A stretch of DNA of 64,000 nucleotides from Nitrospirota bacterium (GCA_963790025.1 CAWBMP010000003.1:128001-192000); one strand, 5' to 3'. Positions 18,744-29,250 are shown, numbered from the stretch's first letter. A program made the numbers and translations. Notes: a model not told the origin generated them from the sequence alone.

Positions 18744-18851
18744 CATGGCTAAAGGCAAAGGGCTAAAGGCAATAGGCCAAGTAACGCAGGAAATACAAAA
18801 TAGAAATCTGCTCTTTGACCTTTTGCCTTTCGCCATTTGCCTTTAGCCATG
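18744..18851. repeat. Inverted arrays of degenerate heptamer (GGCTAAA/GGCAAAG)n
   Basis: catggctaaaggcaaagggctaaaggcaataggc ... gccttttgcctttcgccatttgcctttagccatg-like arms; overlaps the miaB stop. Confidence 0.8.
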
Positions 18852-20174
18852 TTTAATTAATCCTACCAGTGAATGTCTGTTAGCCTTTATTATGGTTACG
18901 TTAGCCAGATATCCAATCCTACCTCGCCCACCTTCATTAACCGGGAATATCGTGGTATTGGTTTCATCAAAAGCAACACTTACGATTTTATTTGTTCTTG
19001 TCCTCCCAGACATTTTTGCCGGATCTCTTTCATCAGGACCTTCCATAAGTATCTCTTGCACTACATTTATAAGGCCCCCATTTTTTTTTTCGTTAATATT
19101 GTTTTGTACTTCAAGTATTTCATTTAGCCGCGACAATTTAACGGCATCATCCAGGTGGCCACTCATTCCTGCTGCTTTCGTACCTTTCCTCAACGAATAA
19201 TGAAAAGCAAAGATGCCGTCGAATTCAATTTTATGCAGCGCATTAAGAGTCAGCTGGTGATCCTCAAGTGTTTCCTCAGGGAATCCAGCAATAATATCTG
19301 AAGTTATTGCAATTCCAGGTATTAGCTTACGTAAATCATCAACTTTGCGCATGTATTCATCAAATGAATATTTACGATTCATTAAAGATAATATTTTTGT
19401 CGATCCCGATTGAAGCGGCAAATGAATATGTTCGCATACCTTTTCAAGGTCTCTCATAGCAAAAATCAAATCGTCAGACAAATTTTTCGGATGAGAAGTG
19501 ACGAACCTGATTCGCTTTAGTCCTTCTATTTTATCTGCTGCTTTAAGTAATTCGGGAAACCTCATGTCGCTCTCATATGAATTGACATTTTGGCCCAGAA
19601 GAGTTACTTCCTTGTATCCTTTGTCAACAAGGTCCTTTATTTCTTCAAGTATTGTCCGGCTCGGCCTGCTCTGCTCCCTACCTCTCGTATACGGTACAAT
19701 GCAGTAGCTGCAAAAATTATTGCAGCCATAAACTATGTTGATCCAGGCCGTGACCCCATCCTTTCTTGCGACAGGAAGTTCTGCGGTTGACAACAGCGGG
19801 TTGTCTTCAACGGCAATTTTAGCAGCTTTTGACTTAAGAATATCTCTAATTATATGAATATTCTGCGGCCCTATTACATGATCAACGTATGGCACCCTTT
19901 TTAAGATATTTTTACCTTCCTGCTGCGCGATGCAACCTGCCACGGCTATTGCAAGTCCGGGCTTTGTTTTTTTTAGGCTCTTTAGCCGTCCCAGTTCGCT
20001 GTAAAACTTTTGCTCAGCCTTTTGGCGAATGCTGCAGGTATTAAAAATCACAAGGTCGGCATCCTGCGGTTTATCGGTTTCAGTATACCCTTCCGACTGT
20101 AAAATACCGGACATCTTTTCGGAATCATGGACATTCATCTGGCAACCGAAGGTTGATATATAATATTTAGTCAT
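18843..20174 (-). CDS. miaB: tRNA i6A37 methylthiotransferase MiaB
   Basis: 'TFGCQMNVHDSE', 'NTCSIRQKAEQK', 'GCNNFCSYCIVPYTRGRE', 'LLGQNVNSY', TRAM domain. Confidence 0.95.
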   Translation of the reverse strand: MTKYYISTFGCQMNVHDSEKMSGILQSEGYTETDKPQDADLVIFNTCSIRQKAEQKFYSELGRLKSLKKTKPGLAIAVAGCIAQQEGKNILKRVPYVDHVIGPQNIHIIRDILKSKAAKIAVEDNPLLSTAELPVARKDGVTAWINIVYGCNNFCSYCIVPYTRGREQSRPSRTILEEIKDLVDKGYKEVTLLGQNVNSYESDMRFPELLKAADKIEGLKRIRFVTSHPKNLSDDLIFAMRDLEKVCEHIHLPLQSGSTKILSLMNRKYSFDEYMRKVDDLRKLIPGIAITSDIIAGFPEETLEDHQLTLNALHKIEFDGIFAFHYSLRKGTKAAGMSGHLDDAVKLSRLNEILEVQNNINEKKNGGLINVVQEILMEGPDERDPAKMSGRTRTNKIVSVAFDETNTTIFPVNEGGRGRIGYLANVTIIKANRHSLVGLIKHG

Positions 20175-20283
20175 AATATTAATCAGTTATGCTATCGTCT
20201 AATAAAGACTCGACCGTCAATAGCTCACGCATGGTCAAACTATTTTACCTCATTTGCCTGAAAAAAATCATACTACTGTAAGC

Positions 20284-21048
20284 CTACTTCTTGCCAATGG
20301 CAATATTTAAAGTATATACGACTTCTCCTCCTGCATTATCGGAAATTTTAACCTTAACACTTTGATCTCCTGAAATATTTGCAGGTAACACCCACTTTAT
20401 TAGCCCACTATTCTTATCAATATCCATGCCTTGCGGGGCACTTACAAGAGAATAGTTGATCGGATATCCGTCAGGGTCAACAGCTTTAATCTGGTAAAGC
20501 AGCACCTTGCCGTCAAAGCTGACCTGGTTGCTTTCAGTCAATTTCGGAGCAGATTTCTTTATTTCAGCAGTTAAAATTCGTGATGGCCCATAATTCTTAC
20601 CATCGAAAGGGGTTATTTTAACCGAAATTTTGTCTCCCATTTTAAAGCCGCTGATGCTATCAGTGTCTCCGGCATAAAAACTATTCTTAGTCCATTCGAA
20701 CTTAAATGAGAGAGGCTTTCCTTTGCTGTCCTGCCCTTCAGCAACTACCCGCAAGATATCACAATTGTCTTTATTTTCAGGGATTATGCATGCTTTCCTT
20801 AACACTAAATGAGTGTTCATCACCTCTTTATCGGTTTCAAGGCTTGGCATTGAGGAATTGTCGGAGGAGTTTGCTTCCTTCGTCTGATCGTCAGAATGTG
20901 TAACAGAGAGTGCCCCCCCATGGCTTGTACCTCTATCTATGGCTGTTTTCGTTTTGTCCGGACCGCACGAGCAGATAATAAACAATGAAACAGAGATAAC
21001 AAGCGGTTTTACTAAATGCCTTGCGGTAAAATGGACAATCATAATCAA
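20284..21048 (-). CDS. Putative lipoprotein with Ig/cadherin-like (He_PIG-like) domains, last gene of the pilus operon
   Basis: Lipobox-like IICSC; 'YQIKAVDPDGYPINYSLVSAPQGMDIDKNSGLIKW'. Confidence 0.65.
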   Translation of the reverse strand: MIMIVHFTARHLVKPLVISVSLFIICSCGPDKTKTAIDRGTSHGGALSVTHSDDQTKEANSSDNSSMPSLETDKEVMNTHLVLRKACIIPENKDNCDILRVVAEGQDSKGKPLSFKFEWTKNSFYAGDTDSISGFKMGDKISVKITPFDGKNYGPSRILTAEIKKSAPKLTESNQVSFDGKVLLYQIKAVDPDGYPINYSLVSAPQGMDIDKNSGLIKWVLPANISGDQSVKVKISDNAGGEVVYTLNIAIGKK

Positions 21049-21680
21049 TATGCGTATATTGCGGAGAGATTGGCCCTTTGTTCGGGCACATTTGCCCCTG
21101 TGTCAAGCTCGCCCTGGACTTCTATTCGGTAGACGTAAGGGAAGTGCTGGGGGACAATTATCCCGGAGGATGCATCGACGACCCCTGCACCCTCGAGATC
21201 CAGTCCGCTTGTATCAGTATTACCCGGAACGGTATCTACAATCTTTGTGTACACATTATAAGTAGTATTCGGCTCGGCCGAATTTAATTGGAATGTCATG
21301 TCAGCAGTAATAGTAGAGGGATTATTGGGATCTCTAAGAGTGAGAGTGCTATCGCATCCCGCCGGCCAATTCACAGTAGCCTGTGTCAGCTTGGCCGTGA
21401 AACATGGATCTCCTGCAAGGGTAGACATCATGCCTCCATAATTACCTATAGCTGACAGGACCACCATAGAGTTAATTGTTTTTGGAATAATATCTTTTGT
21501 AATGATCTCTACGCCGCCTTGCGATGCGTCCCGAGCTGTTGAATATCTCTTTTCAAACCCTGATAAAACGGTCCCCCTTGTAACAAAATAGATGGCGAGC
21601 ATTATTATACCAAGGATGATGAGGGTGAGAAGCAACGATGTTATAAGGGCAACGCCTTTTTGATTTTTTATGTAATTCAT
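21045..21680 (-). CDS. pilX: Type IV pilus minor pilin PilX-like
   Basis: 'QKG|VALITSLLL' prepilin site lacking Glu5, typical of PilX; operon context. Confidence 0.8.
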   Translation of the reverse strand: MNYIKNQKGVALITSLLLTLIILGIIMLAIYFVTRGTVLSGFEKRYSTARDASQGGVEIITKDIIPKTINSMVVLSAIGNYGGMMSTLAGDPCFTAKLTQATVNWPAGCDSTLTLRDPNNPSTITADMTFQLNSAEPNTTYNVYTKIVDTVPGNTDTSGLDLEGAGVVDASSGIIVPQHFPYVYRIEVQGELDTGANVPEQRANLSAIYAY

Positions 21681-21689
21681 TCTTATTGC

Positions 21690-22883
21690 CTAAGATAGAT
21701 TTTTCGGGTTGACTGAAATTTTTTGCACTTTCCACCGGTAATTCGCCCATCCCACGCCAATAGTAGTCGATAGGTTAAAGTTACTTGCTACACCGGGGTC
21801 TCCAACTGTTATAGTGCTGTTGGGATATGAGAAATTCTGGTCCGCCCTTCCCTCATGAGTAAGGATATATACCCTGACCTCTTTCAACCGTTGACTGAGA
21901 AGGGCAGGATTATTTAATGTAGCCTGAACTGTTGCTACGGTAACGCCTTCGCTTGTACTTACCTGAGATCCGTTATCATTATATAATGTTCCGGGAACTC
22001 CGTCATCGTTCATGTCCAGGTTGAATATAACCTGCAAATCTGCAACACAATCAAGGATGGGTAAAAGGGGATTAGTAAGCGTACCATTTGATTGACTTAC
22101 ATAGGCCCTGACTAATTCCCCTGTGTTTGGTGCGCAATAGGATGGAAAGAGGCCGGCAGCTTTCGAGATAAAATAATCTACCCTGTTAAAAGGCATTCTC
22201 AGAGGATTGCTGTCCACCCCATATATCAGATACATGCTATCGGGGTTGATAGGAGAGAAACTTGCCGGAAAAGCTGCGGCTGAATAGGTCGTCGAAAAGT
22301 TCAGTCCGTTCACTACCAATTGACGCAGTCCCGTGTCGCTGGTCTGGGGAGCGATAACGATTACTTGGTCCTGACCGGAGATAAGATCGCTGCCCCCAGC
22401 CGGAACCCACGAGTTTGGACTTGTGGTCCCAAACGTGATGTAAGTCCATTTTGAAGCCGCAGTGCTGGTTCCAAGAGAGGTTCCCTTTATAACAAGATAG
22501 TCGGACCCGTTTACGTATCCCTGATGATTATTTCCGCTTATAATTGCCCTGGGTACTCCATTCGGAGCATCATTATAGTTAGCAGCCAGCGGGTAAGAGG
22601 GATCTGCAGCCTCGTTGTAACTGAAGGTGCTTTGGAAAGCCCATGGCAATCCAAATCCGGCACTTGCAATATCAGCCCTCATCAGTTCAAGTCCGGCAAT
22701 GCGCTCCACCTGGCTTTCTGTCTGTTTGTTTTGCTGAGTAGATTGCTTTAAAAGCAGGGTAAATGTATTGGAACCTATTGCTATGACCGCAACAAATATA
22801 GCTATTACAACGAGCAATTCCGTAAGAGTGAACCCCTCCTCTCCTGACTGTGAAGATTTAAGCACTTTTTCCATGTATCTCAT
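21690..22883 (-). CDS. pilW: Type IV pilus minor pilin PilW-like
   Basis: 'EEG|FTLTELLVV' N-methylation motif, 'LMRADIASAGFG', large size. Confidence 0.8.
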   Translation of the reverse strand: MRYMEKVLKSSQSGEEGFTLTELLVVIAIFVAVIAIGSNTFTLLLKQSTQQNKQTESQVERIAGLELMRADIASAGFGLPWAFQSTFSYNEAADPSYPLAANYNDAPNGVPRAIISGNNHQGYVNGSDYLVIKGTSLGTSTAASKWTYITFGTTSPNSWVPAGGSDLISGQDQVIVIAPQTSDTGLRQLVVNGLNFSTTYSAAAFPASFSPINPDSMYLIYGVDSNPLRMPFNRVDYFISKAAGLFPSYCAPNTGELVRAYVSQSNGTLTNPLLPILDCVADLQVIFNLDMNDDGVPGTLYNDNGSQVSTSEGVTVATVQATLNNPALLSQRLKEVRVYILTHEGRADQNFSYPNSTITVGDPGVASNFNLSTTIGVGWANYRWKVQKISVNPKNLS

Positions 22884-23311
22884 ATGACGTTATTAACCAC
22901 AGAACTTATGCTGTGCAGGGTTGGTATCCCTTTGTGAGTCCATTGTACCGTGACCTGGATGGTCAGAGTATTTGGATTTGTAATATCCGGCTGCGTGATT
23001 ACAGTAGTTACAGAGTAATTTACCGTAATTCCTCTAATAGTTCTGGTAACATTGGGAGTAATGGGTGGTGCACTCCCCAGGGTGGACCCATATGTTCCTG
23101 GGATCAAACTGGTAAAAGGATTATTTCTAAAACTATTCATGCTTTCCTCGGCAACGCCTGTTGCCTCATCCCTGAAGACGTTAAACAAGTTATGATCAAC
23201 GACAACTGCCGCGGTATTCAAAAGGGCCAGCATGCCAATAAGAAGGACGAACATGGCAACCATGACCTCAATAAGAGTGAAGCCCGTCTCATTTTTGTAT
23301 GCAGTTGCCAC
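22880..23311 (-). CDS. pilV: Type IV pilus minor pilin PilV-like
   Basis: 'ETG|FTLIEVMVAMFVLLIGMLAL', C-terminal 'IQVTVQW'. Confidence 0.8.
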   Translation of the reverse strand: MATAYKNETGFTLIEVMVAMFVLLIGMLALLNTAAVVVDHNLFNVFRDEATGVAEESMNSFRNNPFTSLIPGTYGSTLGSAPPITPNVTRTIRGITVNYSVTTVITQPDITNPNTLTIQVTVQWTHKGIPTLHSISSVVNNVI

Positions 23312-23780
23312 TTGTCATATGCCCCATATAGATTTTCGTCTGCGTTATTGAAATACAGTCATATACGGCGCCAACAGGATTGTTTTGAACATATATTGTC
23401 GTGCCGGTTGATATAAGACCACTGGCGAGACCGTTCTGGTCAAAAGTAATCTGTGTATTTCCGTTAGGGTTCCATGTTACCGGATTGCTTAACTTTGAGA
23501 CCTGTTTCACAATAGGATCGGCTGCATCAAGAGTGTTGTTATAATCCGTATCATCGTATATGGTATATTTTGTCGCAGCAAGCGTCACAAAGCGGAACCG
23601 ATTGCTGCCCATCGCACGTATTCGCGCCTCCATCAAATCGGCGTACATTTGCTTTATCTCGCTCTCGATATTGTTTTTTTCCGTCCACTCGCCGAATCTT
23701 ATGGTTGCGATCGTCAGAAGGATTCCTGCAACTGCCATCACTATCGCCATCTCAATCAATGTAATACCGTGCTGTTTCAT
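23289..23780 (-). CDS. FimT/FimU (GspH-like) minor pilin
   Basis: 'QHG|ITLIEMAIV', 'ADLMEARIRAM', 'ITFDQNG'. Confidence 0.8.
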   Translation of the reverse strand: MKQHGITLIEMAIVMAVAGILLTIATIRFGEWTEKNNIESEIKQMYADLMEARIRAMGSNRFRFVTLAATKYTIYDDTDYNNTLDAADPIVKQVSKLSNPVTWNPNGNTQITFDQNGLASGLISTGTTIYVQNNPVGAVYDCISITQTKIYMGHMTSGNCIQK

Positions 23781-26700
23781 TTCTCCTTTATATGCAATAT
23801 CTTTTTTAAAGGCCTTGGCTTTATAACAATAGAAAGCCCCTGCCCTTTCGGCGGAACGCCGGTGATAGGAAGGCTTTGCCTGTTGCTGTTTTGCGTAAAA
23901 GCGCCGGCCAGTGAAATCTCCTGAATGCTTCCGGTCGAAACCTGCACCAGTGCGGTGCCGGTGACGATATTGGATACTTGTTTAGTTACGGGAGCACTCA
24001 AAGAAGATGAGGAGCAATTGGCAAAACAAACCGAACTTGAGCCCGTATTATATCCAAGCGCCCAGATATATGAATTGCCGCCAAGACTGCAGGGATCGGT
24101 TGTGGGCATAAATGTGGTAAAAAATACAACGCCGTTGGGTGCTGCAACAGGATCGGTTATGACCCTTTCCGCGCCATAGATCGGCGTTGTCGTTGTTGTT
24201 GGAGCGAGGGTTATATACCATCCATTGTTCGGCTCGCTATTCGACGGGTTGGTTGTTTGGTTGTTGAGACTTCCCACTGAAGAAGTACAGGTGCTGTCAA
24301 AAGTATCGTTGGGAAGGTAGCACGGGTCCTTGACTCCATAGAGCATTCTGATTGAATCTCTGTCATCCAAATTCGCAGCCGTTTTAAAAAAAAATCTTCC
24401 TGTTCCGAAATAGAGCCATAAGTGATGATTCGTCCTGTCCTGAAGCTTCGCAACAGATGTGGTTACCGGACCAATGCCGCTGAGGACAGTACTGAGCGTC
24501 CAGTTCGCCGGGTTTATATCTTGTTTGGTCGTCACTCTGAGGACCCCGCCGTTAGTCCATGTAGTACCTGATAGTTGTGTATAGCCGATATAAAAAACAT
24601 CGTCCTGATAAAAACCGTTGGAACTGGGGTTCCACTTGTCGACATCAATCGGCGCATTAAAAACAGAGGAAGCAAAGGCATTCTTTATGCCTGTATCGAT
24701 TGGAGTCGTTGTTGCTAACTTTCCCGTTGCCAGGTCAACTATATAAAGCTTGAGGTTCTGATCGGAACTCCCCTGAAATTGATGGTTCGTGGTATCGATC
24801 GGGCCTGTCGGTCCTGAGGCAAAGACAGCGAACCATTTTCCGTTTTTTGTGTTGTCAGGTGTGTTAATTGCCGGCGCCGGCTGTTTTGTGCTTATCTTAA
24901 CAATCGCAGGTCCTGCAAGGGTATAACCAAGGGCCGGGTCCGAAAACTCCCATAAAAGCGACGGACTCTGCGGACTTGTAACATCCAAAGCGAAATAAGA
25001 TGAGAAGCCGCTTCCTGTCACAGGCGTTTTTACGCATTGATTTCCAGTCACACCGGCAACAGCATTACAGCTGGCGGAACTGTCCCTGCAAGCACCCCCT
25101 GTTCCCATGCTGCCGATCAAAATTGTCCTCCAGGTTGTGCTGTTTAATTGAAGATTATTATTCCCATTAACCGTTGTTTGTTTAGGTGCGTCCCAGTAAT
25201 TGCCGGAATACCCCCCGTTTGCAATGCTCGCATCAAAGATATATGTCGGGCCATCTACGTAATAGAGATGACAGTAATGGGGATCTGACATATAAGTGAG
25301 ATAGGGCAAAGCATTATTGGGTATGAATGACCATTGCTCCTGCCCCAGGGTCTGATAAGATGCTGTAGTTTCATCACTATCGTTACACTTGCCGTCTCCT
25401 CCGGGATCTGCGCAAAGTGCCGCCTTCTGGTCCGGGGGGAATACAGTCATGTCGAGCGTGCCGAGCTTAAACGCATGGAGCATTCCGTCATTGGCTCCGG
25501 CATACACCATTCCCCTGGTCGTATAGTCTTTGGAGTTAATAAAAGGAGTATATGTCGTATCGTTATATCCCAGAGGAGGGGCCAAATGGTAAGAATCGAG
25601 GGCTATTGAAGACTGGACCCTTGGCGTTGATGATATGATGTCCCCAAATCTCCAGACACTTGAGCTTAAACAGTTCCCGCTGCTGCAATCGGAGTTCTGT
25701 GTACATGAAGTGTTCGTTCCGGAGCAGACTTTGTTCATAGTCACTGTCCTGCTCCGGAACCCCATGGTTACGCACAGTATGCCGGAGCTGCAATCCGAAT
25801 TCTGCATACATGGCGTGGCAGTCCCGGAGCAGACATTATCGTACCCTATAACATAATTAATCAGTTCGGTAGCTGTCGTAATGTTTGAAGGATTCAGATT
25901 CAGCAGAGGTTGCAAGGTTGATGCATTTGCGGTAGTGAAGTTTCCTAAAACAGGATTGTTGTTGCTGTCTGTCGTCGAATAGTAAATAGTCCTCGCCGAA
26001 TTTTTAATATTGCGCGACCATAGAAGTGTTCCCGCCTCCCATAAGCTGCTGATATCCTCTATGTCTATGGGATCAGGTGTGACTAGTGTATAGATTTCAT
26101 TCCCGTTAATATCTTGAGTACCCATATCCTGATATCTGTGCACCCGCGTTTTGTTCATGGTGGTGTCATAGTAAAACACGAGTCTATAATCATCAAGCAA
26201 TTTGAGTTTATAATCTTTAACGGTATCCTCTCTGATTGAATTATTCTGGAGTTTGGGGTCAAGGTAATACCATAAATCCTGTAACATACCGGTCCATGTT
26301 GCGCTCGTATTGTTTGTGAATTGCCTGCTGGGATAAAACACTGCCTGAAGAAGATTGGCCCCGCTCCCGGCACTATTGGCAAGCACTGAAACTGCTGTGC
26401 CGGACGAAGACTGGTTAAGGATGTCGCTGAAGGCATTCTGCAGCTGTTGCGGCAATTGAAGAGGATTGGATGCATAGTAATATGTATCCGGAAGTCCATC
26501 TCCATTAGCATCCCATTTGCTCGTCGAATCAGGATAGGGGTCCGTCGTATCGCTGTTTGTGAAACCTCCGTATTTGGCCGCATACCAGAAGGGGTCATGA
26601 AGAAAGCTTGATGACGACCCGGACGTGCTGACCTTAAATGTTCTTTCAACATATATTTTGCCGGGAGTTGAGGAAGATGTGCTGCCTGATGAAGATCCAG

Positions 26701-29158
26701 CAGGGTTTGAAGAAGATGAAGGGCATGTTCCTCCGTTACAATACGTCTTAAAACTTACACCGTCCCCTGCGCCCTGGAGTTCTATATAATCGCCTGCACC
26801 GGAAACGCCATTGATTAAATACCCGGCGCCGTCGATAGCCCCTGCCGCATAAAAACTTCCCGTAGTTCTTACGGTTATGGTACTCGATCCGGTTTTTACA
26901 AACAATCGCCACCGCACATCAAGGTCATAGTCATTCCCCTGTCCGGAATCATCCCATGCAACTTCATAAGCATATTGGTAGCCGCCGGTTGTACTGTACA
27001 TACTGCATGAGTGTGCGCTGTCAGAGCCGGGATTAGCTTCAGTAGTGCAAATACATTCGTTGTCCCCGGTCGGACAACTGATGTTGGGCGTTGCCAGTAT
27101 TTTGAAATCGACGAACTGTCCCTTTGAACCGGTGAGGCCGGAATAGGAAATAACCTGAAAACTCGGCTGGAGCTGCACATTGGTACCGTTAACAGGGAAG
27201 GTCAGATTCGGTATGTCCGATGGTGTCACTACTGCATAAGTATTAACTATCTTGTTCCCGGCAGCTGCAGTATTAGTGACTCCTGTAGTATGCGCCCACC
27301 AGGCCAGCCCGGCCATATAGAACGAACCCTGTTTTGTGGGCTCTTCAGAACATTGACCTCGTACCAGCCCAAAATCAAATGTGCCTGATGCAGGTTTTCC
27401 CGTACACACGCCATATGTTGCATCTGTGGATGATAATCCTGCAGTTTCTCCAACAAAGGCACTGGTTACACTTTCTATCGTATTGATCTTGGAATTGGTT
27501 ATCTCCTGCTGAACACTCGGCGTGTCGCTGGTGCTTATGTTCGATGACCAGTTGGAGTTGGCCCCTGGGAGTTGGTCGGAGTCCCACGAGGTGTAGACAT
27601 CGCTGATCATCAGTATAAAGGGCTTGGCACAGGATGGACAAGAAGAAGATGAGCCGTTATAGGGACAGGTACCGGCACTGTAAGGATTGGACCACGAGGT
27701 TTCCACCGGAAGCGTACCCGAGGTAAAAAGACTTGTAGCAAATTGTCCGGTCGGGTCAGGAGTAACTGATTGAAACTGTGTCGTGGGACCGCTTTCCCCC
27801 ATAATATACCTTAGCGCTTCATAATACATCTCACTCATGGGGTTCCCCCAGTTTCTGCATTGCCCTTCTGAAAAAGTAGCGCTCAGGGGACAGTTATAAG
27901 TCTGACCGGAGTTAACCCAACTATTACTTGGGAAATTATAATCTATCAGTCGAAACATATCGAGGGTTTTGATAATCTTTGACGATCCGGTATTGATTGT
28001 GCCGTCAGATGTGTTTATCTCTTGAGTGACGTCCCTAAAATTGCTTCTTAAAAGTCCCCCGCTCTTATTTTGATTATAGCTTCCAGTTATCAGGCCGAAG
28101 TACATTTGAGGGGCGTTGTTAACAGGATCCAAACCCATAGTCTGCATTAATCCGGCCGGCTTGTATGAGTATGGAGACGAGCTGCCGTATTGCAGACAGT
28201 CCGATTCAAGTCCGGCCGCGGAACTGGAATCGCACACTTTAACATTGACGTACATCCACGTATCAATAGGCAAAGTGGGCCCTACGTTGGGACCGGTGTT
28301 GTATTTTTTTGAGCATTGTACTCCTCCGTCGAGGGCAGCAGCATACGGATAATATCCTCCGTTTGTATTGCTAGGAGTTGCAGGCCCGTTGCTTGCACTT
28401 CCCCAGGATACTGTCATGAGGGACCAGTTACCCTGACTGCCCGGGTTGCTGGTGAATGGGTTGGCGCAGTTATTGTTACTGTTGCATGTGGTTGTGCGCG
28501 GCGAACTGCAGTTGCCGCTTGCGTCGCAAGTGTTTGTGTTGCATATGGTAATAGCTGTTTGACCAGTGCTGGCCGGAGTAAGAGATGCAATGTCGCTGCC
28601 GGTATAGACTTTTGCCCAGGAGTGTGAATCCTGTGTAAGTGTCGTCCTGCTCAAGACAGTTGTGCCTGATGTATCAATGTCTCGTTTGCCGCCGTACAAC
28701 ACCTTGCGGAAAACATCGATCCTTGCCATCGTTGCCCAATTAAGAAAGTTGCCGCTCCAGTTACCCGAACAATAATGGTTGTTGGCGCCGGTAGCCAGCG
28801 CTGAGGGCTCATAACGGTTATTCGAGGAAGAATAGTTGTAGCACTTGTTTGAGTCGAAATATCCATAGTAGTTGATGGTATCCGTATAGGTCACATTAGG
28901 CACGAGCATTCCATTTGAGTCCAGCGTGGTGCCATCAAGATTGACAACATCATCATAGGCCTTAAAATACATCTTATGGTCTTTCGACACCACGAGCATT
29001 ACCAACGGGGGGATGTTTGTATTGAGAAAGGGCGGAGTGCTGCAATAGTTGCTCATCGGCGTCGGTGTTGCTGCTTCTGCAACAGAAAAGAAACCGCAAC
29101 CCGGAAAGAAGATAAGAATCAACAAAAGAAATGAAGTCATTTGATATCGCATTTTCAT
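23777..29158 (-). CDS. pilY1: PilY1/PilC type IV pilus tip adhesin
   Basis: Signal peptide, N-terminal 'YYGYFDSNKCY', C-terminal beta-propeller motifs 'GDIISSTP', 'VYAGANDGMLHAF', 'WLYFGTGR', 'VFFTTF'; start placed at ATG29158, downstream of the sigma54 promoter. Confidence 0.9.
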   Translation of the reverse strand: MKMRYQMTSFLLLILIFFPGCGFFSVAEAATPTPMSNYCSTPPFLNTNIPPLVMLVVSKDHKMYFKAYDDVVNLDGTTLDSNGMLVPNVTYTDTINYYGYFDSNKCYNYSSSNNRYEPSALATGANNHYCSGNWSGNFLNWATMARIDVFRKVLYGGKRDIDTSGTTVLSRTTLTQDSHSWAKVYTGSDIASLTPASTGQTAITICNTNTCDASGNCSSPRTTTCNSNNNCANPFTSNPGSQGNWSLMTVSWGSASNGPATPSNTNGGYYPYAAALDGGVQCSKKYNTGPNVGPTLPIDTWMYVNVKVCDSSSAAGLESDCLQYGSSSPYSYKPAGLMQTMGLDPVNNAPQMYFGLITGSYNQNKSGGLLRSNFRDVTQEINTSDGTINTGSSKIIKTLDMFRLIDYNFPSNSWVNSGQTYNCPLSATFSEGQCRNWGNPMSEMYYEALRYIMGESGPTTQFQSVTPDPTGQFATSLFTSGTLPVETSWSNPYSAGTCPYNGSSSSCPSCAKPFILMISDVYTSWDSDQLPGANSNWSSNISTSDTPSVQQEITNSKINTIESVTSAFVGETAGLSSTDATYGVCTGKPASGTFDFGLVRGQCSEEPTKQGSFYMAGLAWWAHTTGVTNTAAAGNKIVNTYAVVTPSDIPNLTFPVNGTNVQLQPSFQVISYSGLTGSKGQFVDFKILATPNISCPTGDNECICTTEANPGSDSAHSCSMYSTTGGYQYAYEVAWDDSGQGNDYDLDVRWRLFVKTGSSTITVRTTGSFYAAGAIDGAGYLINGVSGAGDYIELQGAGDGVSFKTYCNGGTCPSSSSNPAGSSSGSTSSSTPGKIYVERTFKVSTSGSSSSFLHDPFWYAAKYGGFTNSDTTDPYPDSTSKWDANGDGLPDTYYYASNPLQLPQQLQNAFSDILNQSSSGTAVSVLANSAGSGANLLQAVFYPSRQFTNNTSATWTGMLQDLWYYLDPKLQNNSIREDTVKDYKLKLLDDYRLVFYYDTTMNKTRVHRYQDMGTQDINGNEIYTLVTPDPIDIEDISSLWEAGTLLWSRNIKNSARTIYYSTTDSNNNPVLGNFTTANASTLQPLLNLNPSNITTATELINYVIGYDNVCSGTATPCMQNSDCSSGILCVTMGFRSRTVTMNKVCSGTNTSCTQNSDCSSGNCLSSSVWRFGDIISSTPRVQSSIALDSYHLAPPLGYNDTTYTPFINSKDYTTRGMVYAGANDGMLHAFKLGTLDMTVFPPDQKAALCADPGGDGKCNDSDETTASYQTLGQEQWSFIPNNALPYLTYMSDPHYCHLYYVDGPTYIFDASIANGGYSGNYWDAPKQTTVNGNNNLQLNSTTWRTILIGSMGTGGACRDSSASCNAVAGVTGNQCVKTPVTGSGFSSYFALDVTSPQSPSLLWEFSDPALGYTLAGPAIVKISTKQPAPAINTPDNTKNGKWFAVFASGPTGPIDTTNHQFQGSSDQNLKLYIVDLATGKLATTTPIDTGIKNAFASSVFNAPIDVDKWNPSSNGFYQDDVFYIGYTQLSGTTWTNGGVLRVTTKQDINPANWTLSTVLSGIGPVTTSVAKLQDRTNHHLWLYFGTGRFFFKTAANLDDRDSIRMLYGVKDPCYLPNDTFDSTCTSSVGSLNNQTTNPSNSEPNNGWYITLAPTTTTTPIYGAERVITDPVAAPNGVVFFTTFMPTTDPCSLGGNSYIWALGYNTGSSSVCFANCSSSSLSAPVTKQVSNIVTGTALVQVSTGSIQEISLAGAFTQNSNRQSLPITGVPPKGQGLSIVIKPRPLKKILHIKEK

Positions 29159-29170
29159 AAAGTTTACTTT

Positions 29171-29186
29171 AGCAATTTTGATACCA
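29171..29186 (-). promoter_or_regulatory. sigma54 (-24/-12) promoter of the pilY1 operon
   Basis: Minus strand TGGTATCAAAATTGCT vs consensus TGGCACGNNNNTTGCW; GG-N10-GC spacing is exact. Confidence 0.8.
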
Positions 29187-29250
29187 TAAAGTAAAAATAC
29201 TGTTTTTTCAGCTAAATTCAGATTAATGCGATGATAATAAGGCAATAATT

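Noticed and set aside
5081..18851. Short repeats as a CRISPR array
   Set aside because: No constant repeat-spacer periodicity and no cas genes
14300..20300. AT-rich stretch as a horizontally acquired island
   Set aside because: Contains only housekeeping genes, and is better explained by proximity to dif/terminus
29159..29245. N-terminal extension of the PilY1 ORF from TTG29245
   Set aside because: Overlaps the sigma54 promoter; the signal peptide begins at or after ATG29158
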